This document shows positions 9,777 to 18,132 of a stretch of 64,000 nucleotides of DNA, one piece after another; position 1 is the first letter of the stretch; each line of letters starts with the position of its first letter. Under the pieces are notes generated by a model, which was not told where the DNA came from, ran no database searches, and saw only the letters and a program-made list of their open reading frames with translations. The translations under genes were made by a program, and so were the position numbers. Source of the DNA: Candidatus Gastranaerophilales bacterium HUM_1 (GTDB lineage Bacteria; Cyanobacteriota; Vampirovibrionia; Gastranaerophilales; Gastranaerophilaceae); assembly GCA_002103105.1 (NCBI GenBank), contig DAAY01000004.1, positions 27,746 through 91,745 of the forward strand. The letters run 5' to 3'.

Positions 9777-9809
9777 CCCTCTCCCTTAATCCCTCTCCAT
9801 CGGAGAGGG
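9777..9809 (+). repeat. solo REP-like element CCCTCTCCC-TTAAT-CCCTCTCC-ATC-GGAGAGGG
   Basis: 8-bp GC-rich stem with a 3-nt loop, preceded by a direct copy of the 5' arm. Near-identical elements occur at 48046-48077 and 56215-56248. Confidence 0.7.
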
Positions 9810-9824
9810 AAATTTCTTTTAAAC

Positions 9825-9856
9825 AATGCCCCTCGTCAAAATTGACGAGGGGCATT
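9825..9856. terminator. strong hairpin AATGCCCCTCGTCAA-aat-TGACGAGGGGCATT
   Basis: 14-bp stem followed on the plus strand by GTAAGTTTTTT. It lies downstream of the minus-strand serpin-like gene, and the minus-strand tail is not T-rich. Confidence 0.5.
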
Positions 9857-9928
9857 GTAAGTTTTTTATTCTCTAAACGTTTCAGATAGAAAGGCTGAAA
9901 CACGTTCAGCATGACTATTTACAACAGA

Positions 9929-11029
9929 TTAATTTCTACCTGTTTTGTTCAAAGTTTCAACATCAGCTACCTTCATAGCGTAATATGGAGTTTTTTGACC
10001 TTTTTCTGTTAAGAACAATACAAAATTATCAGTAAAGTAGAATTGACGACCATTATCTGGACGAAGCGAAGTCATTCTTACAGCAACAGCCGCTTCACTT
10101 TTTAATTTAACACCTTCATTATTCATTTTGAAATCTACTGTTTCAATTGAACGGTCAATTCTGAAATTTGTTCTTCTAATATCTCGACCTTCTACTTCTG
10201 GGAAGTTTGTTTCTTGATACAAGCTAATTTCTGGAATGATTAACTCATCATCTTTAACAAATTTTCTATTTCCATGATATTTTGAAGTTTTTTCCTTCAT
10301 TTCTGAATAATATTTCAAGAATGTTTTATCATCATTTGTTCTATACAAAATAACTTCATCCTTATCTTTTGTGAATAATTTAACAGCAAAATCTTCAGAA
10401 TTATTATAGAACAACACTCTTACATTCTTATATAACTTTTTATTACTTGATTCGTTTATGCCAAAATATTGAGCATTATAATTGTAATTTTTTGCAAATG
10501 GAGCTTCTGCAAGTTTGTCAAACGCTTGTAAAAATTTAAAATCTTTTTTCAACATTGCATAAACAAATAATTTTTGAGAATCTTTTGCCCAATCGAATGA
10601 ATCTAAAATATCACTGGTTTCATTAAACTTTTCTTTTATGCCTTTTTCAATTTCCTTTTTCAATTCTGGGGAAACTGTTCCATATTTTGTATAATAAGCA
10701 TTTTCACTAACATTTGATTTTTTGAAAGATTGTTTATTTAATTCCTTAACTACTTTTGGAGTATCTCCAACAAAACGAATAGGTCCATATATAATATTAT
10801 CCATCAATTCGTTCCAAACAAGTTGAAAAGTTCCCACCCAAATTCTATTTTGAGCCTTACTTTCAACAGACATTGTTGGAAGAATTTCTATTGGTTTTAC
10901 AGTTTCTACGGATTCTGTTTGCTCAACTTTAACCTCTGATTGCTCGAGTTTGTTTTTTTTGTCAGATGCAACAACAGGCAAACTTGCAAGAAGAACCGCT
11001 AAAACACCTAAAGCTAATAACTTTTTCAT
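9929..11029 (-). CDS. secreted serpin-like protein
   Basis: Signal peptide MKKLLALGVLAVLLASLPVVAS. The C-terminal IETVDFKMNNEGVKLKSEAAVAVRMTSLRP...RQFYFTDNFVLFLTEKGQKTPYYAMKVADV matches the serpin hinge (EG.eAaAat), reactive loop and F.adrPFlF pattern. The N-terminal half is not diagnostic. Confidence 0.5.
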   Translation of the reverse strand: MKKLLALGVLAVLLASLPVVASDKKNKLEQSEVKVEQTESVETVKPIEILPTMSVESKAQNRIWVGTFQLVWNELMDNIIYGPIRFVGDTPKVVKELNKQSFKKSNVSENAYYTKYGTVSPELKKEIEKGIKEKFNETSDILDSFDWAKDSQKLFVYAMLKKDFKFLQAFDKLAEAPFAKNYNYNAQYFGINESSNKKLYKNVRVLFYNNSEDFAVKLFTKDKDEVILYRTNDDKTFLKYYSEMKEKTSKYHGNRKFVKDDELIIPEISLYQETNFPEVEGRDIRRTNFRIDRSIETVDFKMNNEGVKLKSEAAVAVRMTSLRPDNGRQFYFTDNFVLFLTEKGQKTPYYAMKVADVETLNKTGRN

Positions 11030-11409
11030 TTTTTTCTCCTTCTATCAATATTTAACATTTTAAAAAAACTTTTTAAAAACCCACCTGCCGTATTCTTGTG
11101 AAGAATAGGAGCAGATTCATAGAAATTTTTATAGTTTTCTATAATATTTTGAGGCAAAGATTCCCCTTTTTCAAGGGTATAAGACAAAAATTCAATATAA
11201 TCATCCTGCTCTTCTTTATACAAAGCATCACGATTTCTTAAATCTTCATCAGCTTCATAGTGAATTAAAGCATGATACGCCGCAACAAGACTCTCATCCT
11301 CTGTATCTTTTGGATAAGCAAGCATAGCTTCCCTAACACAAAGCTGACCAACCCGCACAAGCCTCAATAGCCGTGCTACTTTTTGTCTATCTTCAATATT
11401 TTCAGACAT
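11026..11409 (-). CDS. hypothetical cytoplasmic protein, 127 aa
   Basis: Tightly packed between the BlaI-like gene (4-nt gap) and the serpin-like gene (4-nt overlap). No motif recognised. Confidence 0.5.
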   Translation of the reverse strand: MSENIEDRQKVARLLRLVRVGQLCVREAMLAYPKDTEDESLVAAYHALIHYEADEDLRNRDALYKEEQDDYIEFLSYTLEKGESLPQNIIENYKNFYESAPILHKNTAGGFLKSFFKMLNIDRRRKK

Positions 11410-11413
11410 AACG

Positions 11414-11758
11414 TTATTTTACAAGAAGTTCTGACATTTCTCGTTCAACAAACTTTACCATGTCAGCATAATCACCATTAAAGAAATTATCTGTAAATTC
11501 CTTTAACATATCTAAAGCCATCTCTCTTTTATCCATAGTAGCTTTATAGAAAAACTTCTTTCCAACCTTATAACGAACTAAAATACTCTTAGATACCAAT
11601 CTATCCATAACGGTTTTGATTGTTGTATAAGCTCTTTCTACACCATTTGAAGAAAGTTCATCTACAACATCTTGAATAGAAATATCTACATCTTCGTCTG
11701 TGGCAGTTAAATTCCAAAACGTATTTAAAATTTCAATTTCTAAAGAGCCGCAAACCAT
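11414..11758 (-). CDS. BlaI/MecI/CopY-family winged-helix transcriptional repressor
   Basis: LEIEILNTFW...ISIQDVVDEL....ERAYTTIKTVMDRLVSKSILVRYKVGKKFFYKATMDKRE follows the penicillinase-repressor family pattern. GGAGGAAA RBS upstream. Confidence 0.75.
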   Translation of the reverse strand: MVCGSLEIEILNTFWNLTATDEDVDISIQDVVDELSSNGVERAYTTIKTVMDRLVSKSILVRYKVGKKFFYKATMDKREMALDMLKEFTDNFFNGDYADMVKFVEREMSELLVK

Positions 11759-11782
11759 GATTTCCTCCTGTAACTGTCAACT

Positions 11783-11851
11783 ATTACTATAATTGTAATA
11801 TAAAAACTTTAGATTTCAATAGCTGTTACATAATATTTACAAATCTGTAAA
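11783..11851 (-). promoter_or_regulatory. two TACA/TGTA-type dyads upstream of the BlaI-like gene (candidate operators)
   Basis: ATTAC-N7-GTAAT at 11783-11799 and the perfect dyad TTTACA-AATC-TGTAAA at 11836-11851. BlaI/MecI operators are TACA/TGTA dyads. Confidence 0.35.
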
Positions 11852-11854
11852 ATA

Positions 11855-13015
11855 CTAAAAATCCATATTCATAAAATCTTCTGATTTTTTGTAATCTTTT
11901 TTGCTAGAGCGAACTTTTGCGTTCTTTTTCTTGGTTTTTTCTGGAATTGAACGATAAGCATTATCCAACGAAACCTTTGCAATTACTTCTTTTGTTCTTC
12001 TATCAAAGAACGTCAACCAAAATTTTCTATTGATATTATCGACAGCAAATGACACATTTGCAACAATTTTATCCCCAGGTCTGATTTGACGAAACATAAG
12101 TTTTGTATCCCCAAAAATAGATGGACTAAATTTTGCGTTGTAATCATTCATCAAAACCATGTCAAAACCTGAAAGAGTCTTGTCAGACATATTTGAAATC
12201 AACACAGATAAAGTAATCGTATTAACCTCTCCGAAAGGATCTTTCTCATGTTTAATATTATTTATATTAACTGTCAAACCATCATAATGAACTTCTTCTT
12301 GTTTCAAAGCTTCTTCTTTATAAACTGGCAAGTCAACTTGAGTATTTATTTTTACCTTAATTTCATCCCCAGGAGCAATCATTACATGATTTCCTTTTCT
12401 AATTAAAGCAACACCAAGACCAGCAACTCCTCCAATTGCAGCACCTCCAGCCAAAGTATAACCTTGAGAAGCAATCGCAGCTTCTAAACCTAACCAATTT
12501 AGAGCCATTAAACCGCCGACTGCTCCACCAGCAACAGTATAACCAACATCTTGAGCAACTATTTTTGCTCCCGCAGTAATTGGGTGAAGCTTGGTTGTCA
12601 TTTGACCTTCAATAGGAATCTCTCTGCCATCTGGAGTAACTAAATAATCAAAAGACAAAGACATTGATGCTTCACGCCCCAAACGTGTTGGTTCGGTTGT
12701 TCCAGTCAATTTGCCATGAGCAACAGTTCCCTTTGGGATAATAATCCCTTTGTCGCCATAAACATCAGATGTTACCTCTGCAAAAAATTCATCTCCTTCC
12801 ACAGAAATAGAAGAATCTAATACTTGAGATACCGTCATATTTATTACATCTTTGCGATTTAGTGATTCAACTTTTCCAGTAAAAATGTCATCTTGCGTTT
12901 GCTTATATTCACTTGACTCTGATACAGAACCTTTCAACGGCTCTGCAACTGACAGCAAAGTAAAATTCATAAAGCAAATCATTATTGATAATATAAAACT
13001 AGCAATCTTCTTCAT
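11855..13015 (-). CDS. exported membrane protein with a TrbI/VirB10-like beta region and a glycine-zipper segment
   Basis: Start moved to MKKIASFILSIMICF (ATG 13015). GDEFFAEVTSDVYGDKGIIIPKGTVAHGKLTG...LGREASMSLSFDYLVTPDGREIPIEG weakly resembles TrbI/VirB10 C-terminal domains. GGAVGGLMALNWLGLEAAIASQGYTLAGGAAIGGVAGLGVAL is a Gly-zipper. Confidence 0.5.
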   Translation of the reverse strand: MKKIASFILSIMICFMNFTLLSVAEPLKGSVSESSEYKQTQDDIFTGKVESLNRKDVINMTVSQVLDSSISVEGDEFFAEVTSDVYGDKGIIIPKGTVAHGKLTGTTEPTRLGREASMSLSFDYLVTPDGREIPIEGQMTTKLHPITAGAKIVAQDVGYTVAGGAVGGLMALNWLGLEAAIASQGYTLAGGAAIGGVAGLGVALIRKGNHVMIAPGDEIKVKINTQVDLPVYKEEALKQEEVHYDGLTVNINNIKHEKDPFGEVNTITLSVLISNMSDKTLSGFDMVLMNDYNAKFSPSIFGDTKLMFRQIRPGDKIVANVSFAVDNINRKFWLTFFDRRTKEVIAKVSLDNAYRSIPEKTKKKNAKVRSSKKDYKKSEDFMNMDF

Positions 13016-13054
13016 GACAAAATTATACAACACAATTAAAAGATAGAGCAAATG

Positions 13055-14620
13055 TTAATCTTTTTGTTCTTCAACTTCTTGTGCCATCTCTTCAATAAAA
13101 TTGTTTACTTTTGCAGGTTCAAAACATGAACAAGAATTCCAAATCAATGTTGGTCTAGGCTCAGTCAACAAAGGACTTGGAAATTCATTATGGCATTTAC
13201 CTTTCAACATATTAGTTGAACCATCTGGACAAGACGTAAACATTGAGCAACAGCTACAAATTTTCAAGATTAAACCATAATCTTCCATTTTTGATTTCAA
13301 TTGTTGCAAAGCATCAATCATTCTCAAATGAGATGAAGTAGTATATTTTTTATTTTTATAAATAAATCTAATTTTTGACAAACCACTTTCTGTTGAAATA
13401 AATTCTAACTTACAAGCTCTATCACCATGTTTTGTCTGTACCATAACATCAATAGAAAGTTTATCGACCTCTCTATCTGTATTCGCACCCAGTTTCTTTA
13501 GTAACACTCTTACTGGAGGGAAATTCTTAACAATGTGACAGATTGAGTAAATTGGATACAACATTAATAGCATTATTTCTTTGAAATTTAATTTTGCATT
13601 TACTAAACTCAAAGCAAAAATTGCTATCAAAACAAACGCAGTAAAAATCACCACGCTACATTTCACAATAAATTGACAATGATATGAATACGCTATTAAT
13701 AATGCATAAATGGCAATCAATGTCCAACAATTAGGATTTAACAATGAACAAATATGTTCAATATAATTAAAATTAACGTTTTTTAAATTTTTAAAATTAT
13801 TTTTCAATAAATTAAAGCGTTTTGTTAATCTTGGCTTTTTAAATGAACAATCTTGCCCAAGAATGAAAGATTGAATATTAGGATTATAAACGCATTTGTG
13901 TCCTGTTTGTGATAACAACAAACTAAATTCTAATTCTGAATTAATATCTTTAAAATTAATATCTTCAGCATCTTCCAATGCAGATTTTTTTATTATAAAT
14001 AAGCCAGAATCAACATTTGTAGCCAACCCTAACAAAGAACGAGATTGTTTGAAGAAATTAGCTTGATATTTTTTATAAACAGCTTTAATCCTATCTACTA
14101 TATCTAAATTTTCTCTATTGATATTCAATTCGCCAGTAACAGCATCATATTTTTTTAATGCCGCATTAGCCAATGTTAAAAATTCTGGAGCAATCCTTCT
14201 AGTACTATCAATAAACACATAGGCATCAATAGTTTCATCTTTTTTAAGTTCTTCTAAAAGCATTGATACGGCTTTGTTTTTGCCCAAAGTACCAACATCT
14301 TGAATATTTACAACATGTACGAAATTGTCATTTTCAAAAATCTTTTCAGAACCGTCATTACAATCATCCAAAACAGCATAGACCTTGAAATCAGCAAGAG
14401 GATAATCTTGCATCTTCAATTCTTCAACAAGTTCTTCCAAGCACTCTTTATGATTATGGCTATATATTATTACAGCAAAACTCGCTTTTGAATCATCATA
14501 TCTTGAATATTTTCTTTCGATAAAAAATGGTCTGTCTTTCAAGTTGCGAATAGACAAAATCAAAAGATACAATGAATAAACTAATACGTATAAATAAAGT
14601 AGATATAATATAAATTCCAT
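13055..14620 (-). CDS. family 2 glycosyltransferase, polytopic membrane type, with Cys-rich C-terminal domain
   Basis: N-terminal TM helix, FAVIIYSHNH...VLDDCNDGS...VFIDSTRR GT-A signature, several TM helices. C-terminal about 150 aa has CSCCSMFTSCPDGS...CHNE...CSCF. Confidence 0.7.
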   Translation of the reverse strand: MEFILYLLYLYVLVYSLYLLILSIRNLKDRPFFIERKYSRYDDSKASFAVIIYSHNHKECLEELVEELKMQDYPLADFKVYAVLDDCNDGSEKIFENDNFVHVVNIQDVGTLGKNKAVSMLLEELKKDETIDAYVFIDSTRRIAPEFLTLANAALKKYDAVTGELNINRENLDIVDRIKAVYKKYQANFFKQSRSLLGLATNVDSGLFIIKKSALEDAEDINFKDINSELEFSLLLSQTGHKCVYNPNIQSFILGQDCSFKKPRLTKRFNLLKNNFKNLKNVNFNYIEHICSLLNPNCWTLIAIYALLIAYSYHCQFIVKCSVVIFTAFVLIAIFALSLVNAKLNFKEIMLLMLYPIYSICHIVKNFPPVRVLLKKLGANTDREVDKLSIDVMVQTKHGDRACKLEFISTESGLSKIRFIYKNKKYTTSSHLRMIDALQQLKSKMEDYGLILKICSCCSMFTSCPDGSTNMLKGKCHNEFPSPLLTEPRPTLIWNSCSCFEPAKVNNFIEEMAQEVEEQKD

Positions 14621-14675
14621 ATTTTAATCCTCGTTTCTATAATCTTAATAAAAACCAAGATAAATTTCAAATTTT

Positions 14676-15260
14676 TTAAATATCTAAATGAATTGCACCT
14701 TGTCTAAAGATTCTCAATTCGTTATTCATAACCCCAACAACTGTTGATTCTAGCCCCTTTGCGACATATCCATAATCTTCAATTATTAAATCCGCAAGAC
14801 CAGACATATTTTCTAAAGCTTGTTCATAAGTTTTAGCAGAAGGTTGGTGTGAAAGGTTTGCACTTGTGGTCGCTAAAACATGCCCAGGAATAATTTCACA
14901 AATTTCTCGAAAAACTTCATTATCAGGAACTCTTATTCCAACAGTCGGCATAGAGGAAGTTATATAATCTGGAGTATTCTCACTTTTATCAGTCACAATT
15001 GTCAATGCTCCAGGGAAATATTTCTTTATTAATATCTGTCCAATTTTTGGAATCGGTTTAACGTAGTCAAGCAAAGGATAAATGTCATTAGACATTAAAA
15101 TTAAAGGTTTTTGAGCCTCTCTTTTCTTTATTTCATAAATCTTTTTGACAGCAGATTCATTATTAGGAAGGCAACCTAACCCCCAAACAGTATCCGTAAC
15201 ATATGCAATTACTCCACCATTAGTCAAAACATTTATAATTTCATCTTTATTTTTTAACAT
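14676..15260 (-). CDS. tsaC: L-threonylcarbamoyladenylate synthase (YrdC/TsaC type)
   Basis: 194 aa single YrdC domain: GGVIAYVTDTVWGLGC...KKREAQKPLILM...ALTIV...VGIRVPDN...TSANLSHQP. Confidence 0.8.
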   Translation of the reverse strand: MLKNKDEIINVLTNGGVIAYVTDTVWGLGCLPNNESAVKKIYEIKKREAQKPLILMSNDIYPLLDYVKPIPKIGQILIKKYFPGALTIVTDKSENTPDYITSSMPTVGIRVPDNEVFREICEIIPGHVLATTSANLSHQPSAKTYEQALENMSGLADLIIEDYGYVAKGLESTVVGVMNNELRIFRQGAIHLDI

Positions 15261-15387
15261 AATATAATCCTCGCTATTTTTATTTAATATATTACCATAT
15301 AAAACAGAATAAATAACGGGTTGACAATTTTGAAAACATCATTATTATAAAGATAAAGGTATTATAGAAACAAGAAGGATTTATATT

Positions 15388-15951
15388 ATGGCTTCATCAG
15401 GTGCATCAATAATCACAAATATTTCGTCTGGACTATCAAATACATATGCTTATCTTGCATCACTTTATCCACAGGACGGAGTGACTTATAAAAATATCAC
15501 AGCAGCAAGAAACGACCAAACAAATTATTTAACACTAAATCAATCTTTTGCATCTTATTTACAAAACAATTTTTCAACAATAGATAAAGATGGAGATGGA
15601 AAAATTAGTGCTGATGAAATGAACAAAATGACTAATACAATTTCTACATCAGGAGTTTCAAGGGAAGAGTTATCTCAACTTGCAGCTTCTGGCACCTATT
15701 CTAGCGAAATGATTTCTAAAATCCTAGAAAACTTTGACGAAATGGACACAAACCACGACGGAAGAGTAACAAGTGCAGAAATTTCTAGTTACACTTTTTC
15801 TTGCAACAAACAAGAAATGATAGATGAAGATAACTACAAAAAAGCAACAAATATGTCACTATTTTACGGAGATGACAATTCTTCAACTGACGTATCAAGT
15901 TACAGTATTTTGAGTTACAAATACAAGAACTTTACAAACTCAAAAAATTAA
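15388..15951 (+). CDS. EF-hand calcium-binding domain protein
   Basis: Two canonical loops, DKDGDGKISADE and DTNHDGRVTSAE. The remainder is Ser/Thr/Asn-rich. Confidence 0.65.
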   Translation: MASSGASIITNISSGLSNTYAYLASLYPQDGVTYKNITAARNDQTNYLTLNQSFASYLQNNFSTIDKDGDGKISADEMNKMTNTISTSGVSREELSQLAASGTYSSEMISKILENFDEMDTNHDGRVTSAEISSYTFSCNKQEMIDEDNYKKATNMSLFYGDDNSSTDVSSYSILSYKYKNFTNSKN

Positions 15952-15956
15952 ATAAA

Positions 15957-17321
15957 TTACTTTCCGATACAAAAATGATCAAAAATATTGTTCAAAATAT
16001 CGTCAGTAATTACTTCACCTGTAATTTCATCCAAAGATAAAAGAGCTGACTTCAAATCGATATAAATCATATCTTGAAGTTCGCCTAGTTCAGCTGCATC
16101 TAAAGCTCTTTTTAGACTCAATTTACATCGTTCAAGGCATCCCTGTTGACGTTTATTTGTAATAAATTCAGTATCTTCAAGAGAAAATTGGCAAATTATG
16201 CCTTTCATCTTTGCTTTCAAATCATCTAAACCATCTTTTGAATAAGTAGAAAGTTTAGCCGTATTAGGAAATACTTCCTTAAATTCTCCCGACTTTAGCA
16301 AATCAATTTTATTAGCGACAACAATATGAGTTTTATCTTTAATAATATCGTAAATCTGAGAATCCTCATCAGTTAAACCAACAGATGAATCATACAAAAA
16401 CAAAATCAAATCAGCATCTTTTGCCGATTGTTTTGAATACTCAATACCGATTTCTTCAACCTTATCAATATTTTCATCTTCTCTAATCCCAGCGGTATCA
16501 ATTAAGGTAACGGCAACACCAAGATCAATGTTTTCTTTAATCACATCTCTTGTTGTGCCTGCAATATCAGTAACAATTGCTCTATCTAAATTCAACAAAG
16601 CGTTGAATAAAGAAGATTTTCCAACATTTGGACGACCAACTATCGCAACTTTAACTCCTTGCCTTAAAATATCAGAAGATTTAGCACAGTCTAAAATTTT
16701 ATCAATTTCTTTAATAGAATGTTTAAACCTCTCTACCAAATACGAATATTCTGGTTCAGCAACATCCTCGGGGAAATCAATTCCAGCCACAATTCTAGAT
16801 GCGGTTTCAAAAATTTCTCCCTTTATCTCATTTATTTTATTTGCTAAAACACCAGACAAATTTTTTGCAGATTGAATTGCAAAATTTGAAGTCTTTGCGT
16901 GAATCAAATCATCAACAGCTTCAGCTTGAGATAAATCTAACTTTTTATTCAAGAATGCTCGTTTAGTAAACTCTCCACGTTCAGCCATTCTTGCACCATT
17001 TTTAAGCACAACATCAAGAATATTTTGAACAACATTTATACCGCCGTGACATTGAATTTCAATTACATCTTCGCCAGTATAACTGTTTGGATTTTTGAAT
17101 GGAAGGATGATAACTTCATCAATTTTTGTATCTCCATCAACAACCCAACCGTGACAAATTTTTCCAACGGGGAAATTATTTTTATCGGTAATTTTTTTCG
17201 CTATCTCAAAACTTTTATCGCCAGAAATACGAATAACCCCAACTCCACCAGTTCCAATTGGAGTAGAAATAGCTGCTATTGTTTCAAATTCTTGTGTTAT
17301 ATTCATAACATCATTATACAC
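15957..17321 (-). CDS. mnmE: tRNA modification GTPase MnmE
   Basis: G domain GRPNVGKSSLFNALL, DIAGTTRD, DTAGIR, NKIDL, and the C-terminal FCIGK motif. The start could instead be the second Met (MNITQEF, 17306). Confidence 0.9.
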   Translation of the reverse strand: MYNDVMNITQEFETIAAISTPIGTGGVGVIRISGDKSFEIAKKITDKNNFPVGKICHGWVVDGDTKIDEVIILPFKNPNSYTGEDVIEIQCHGGINVVQNILDVVLKNGARMAERGEFTKRAFLNKKLDLSQAEAVDDLIHAKTSNFAIQSAKNLSGVLANKINEIKGEIFETASRIVAGIDFPEDVAEPEYSYLVERFKHSIKEIDKILDCAKSSDILRQGVKVAIVGRPNVGKSSLFNALLNLDRAIVTDIAGTTRDVIKENIDLGVAVTLIDTAGIREDENIDKVEEIGIEYSKQSAKDADLILFLYDSSVGLTDEDSQIYDIIKDKTHIVVANKIDLLKSGEFKEVFPNTAKLSTYSKDGLDDLKAKMKGIICQFSLEDTEFITNKRQQGCLERCKLSLKRALDAAELGELQDMIYIDLKSALLSLDEITGEVITDDILNNIFDHFCIGK

Positions 17322-17353
17322 AAAAAACAGAATTTACCCTTATAATAAAAAAA

Positions 17354-17377
17354 AGCTATGTACTGAGGTGCATAGCT
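17354..17377 (-). terminator. minus-strand intrinsic terminator immediately upstream of mnmE
   Basis: On the minus strand AGCTATGCAC-ctca-GTACATAGCT is followed by T9. No annotated minus-strand gene lies upstream of it. Confidence 0.5.
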
Positions 17378-17570
17378 GTTGATTAGGGATATGTGTATCT
17401 TAGTCTCTAAGGAGTATATTGTTATATTATCATTTTCATTTTATTTGTAATCATACAAACTAATGAGATTTTATAATATCAATTGAATTTTTAAAAAAGT
17501 AAATAATCTTTACTCTTTGAGAATTTTTGATATAATGTAGGTATTCAATAGACGAAGGGAGATGAAGAGA

Positions 17571-18059
17571 ATGAAAAAATCTACAGCAGTTACTTTAGGA
17601 CTTTTAATTGCATTAGTTGCTGGTATGTCTTGTGTCTTTGCAGCAGAATTTACAAAATTCTCATCTAAATTTATAAAGAATTTTAAAGATTGTGATGCTT
17701 ACGAAGAATCCATCGTATCTGAATATGAAGGAAAACAATTCACAACCAACAGAAAAATTATCGGATGGCGTAATAGTTTTTGTAAATATCAAGAAACAAT
17801 TAAATCTCCAGACGACGAATACCAATTGAATTGTTCTTTTTCAAACCTACAAGTTGATGAATTGTATGAATCAATGAAGGATAGAGCCAAAGAACCACAA
17901 AAATACGATTTGGATATTTTCTCTGAGCAAACAGATAAAAAAGGTCAAACTAAATACGTTGTTGTTGGAAGCCAAACAATTAAAGGAAATAAAGCATACA
18001 TTACTTGGGCAAAATACCAAAACAACCCTTATTTCTGTAAACCTCAAAAAATCAAATAA
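17571..18059 (+). CDS. secreted hypothetical protein
   Basis: Signal peptide MKKSTAVTLGLLIALVAGMSCVFA. AAGGGAG RBS fits ATG 17571 better than ATG 17562. TGaTATAAT extended -10 at 17528-17536. Confidence 0.55.
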   Translation: MKKSTAVTLGLLIALVAGMSCVFAAEFTKFSSKFIKNFKDCDAYEESIVSEYEGKQFTTNRKIIGWRNSFCKYQETIKSPDDEYQLNCSFSNLQVDELYESMKDRAKEPQKYDLDIFSEQTDKKGQTKYVVVGSQTIKGNKAYITWAKYQNNPYFCKPQKIK

Positions 18060-18087
18060 TAAATATTAAATGTTTAATATAAAAAAA

Positions 18088-18114
18088 ATGGACACCTTCA
18101 TTGAAGATGTCCAT
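18088..18114. terminator. bidirectional intrinsic terminator
   Basis: ATGGACAcCTTCA-t-TGAAGaTGTCCAT flanked by an A8 run upstream and a T5 run downstream, between convergent genes. Confidence 0.65.
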
Positions 18115-18132
18115 TTTTCATTAACTTAGAAT

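Noticed and set aside
13055-13500. PilZ (c-di-GMP-binding) domain at the C-terminus of the GT2
   Set aside because: I could not find the RxxxR and (D/N)xSxxG motifs in the right arrangement, so the domain is left unassigned.
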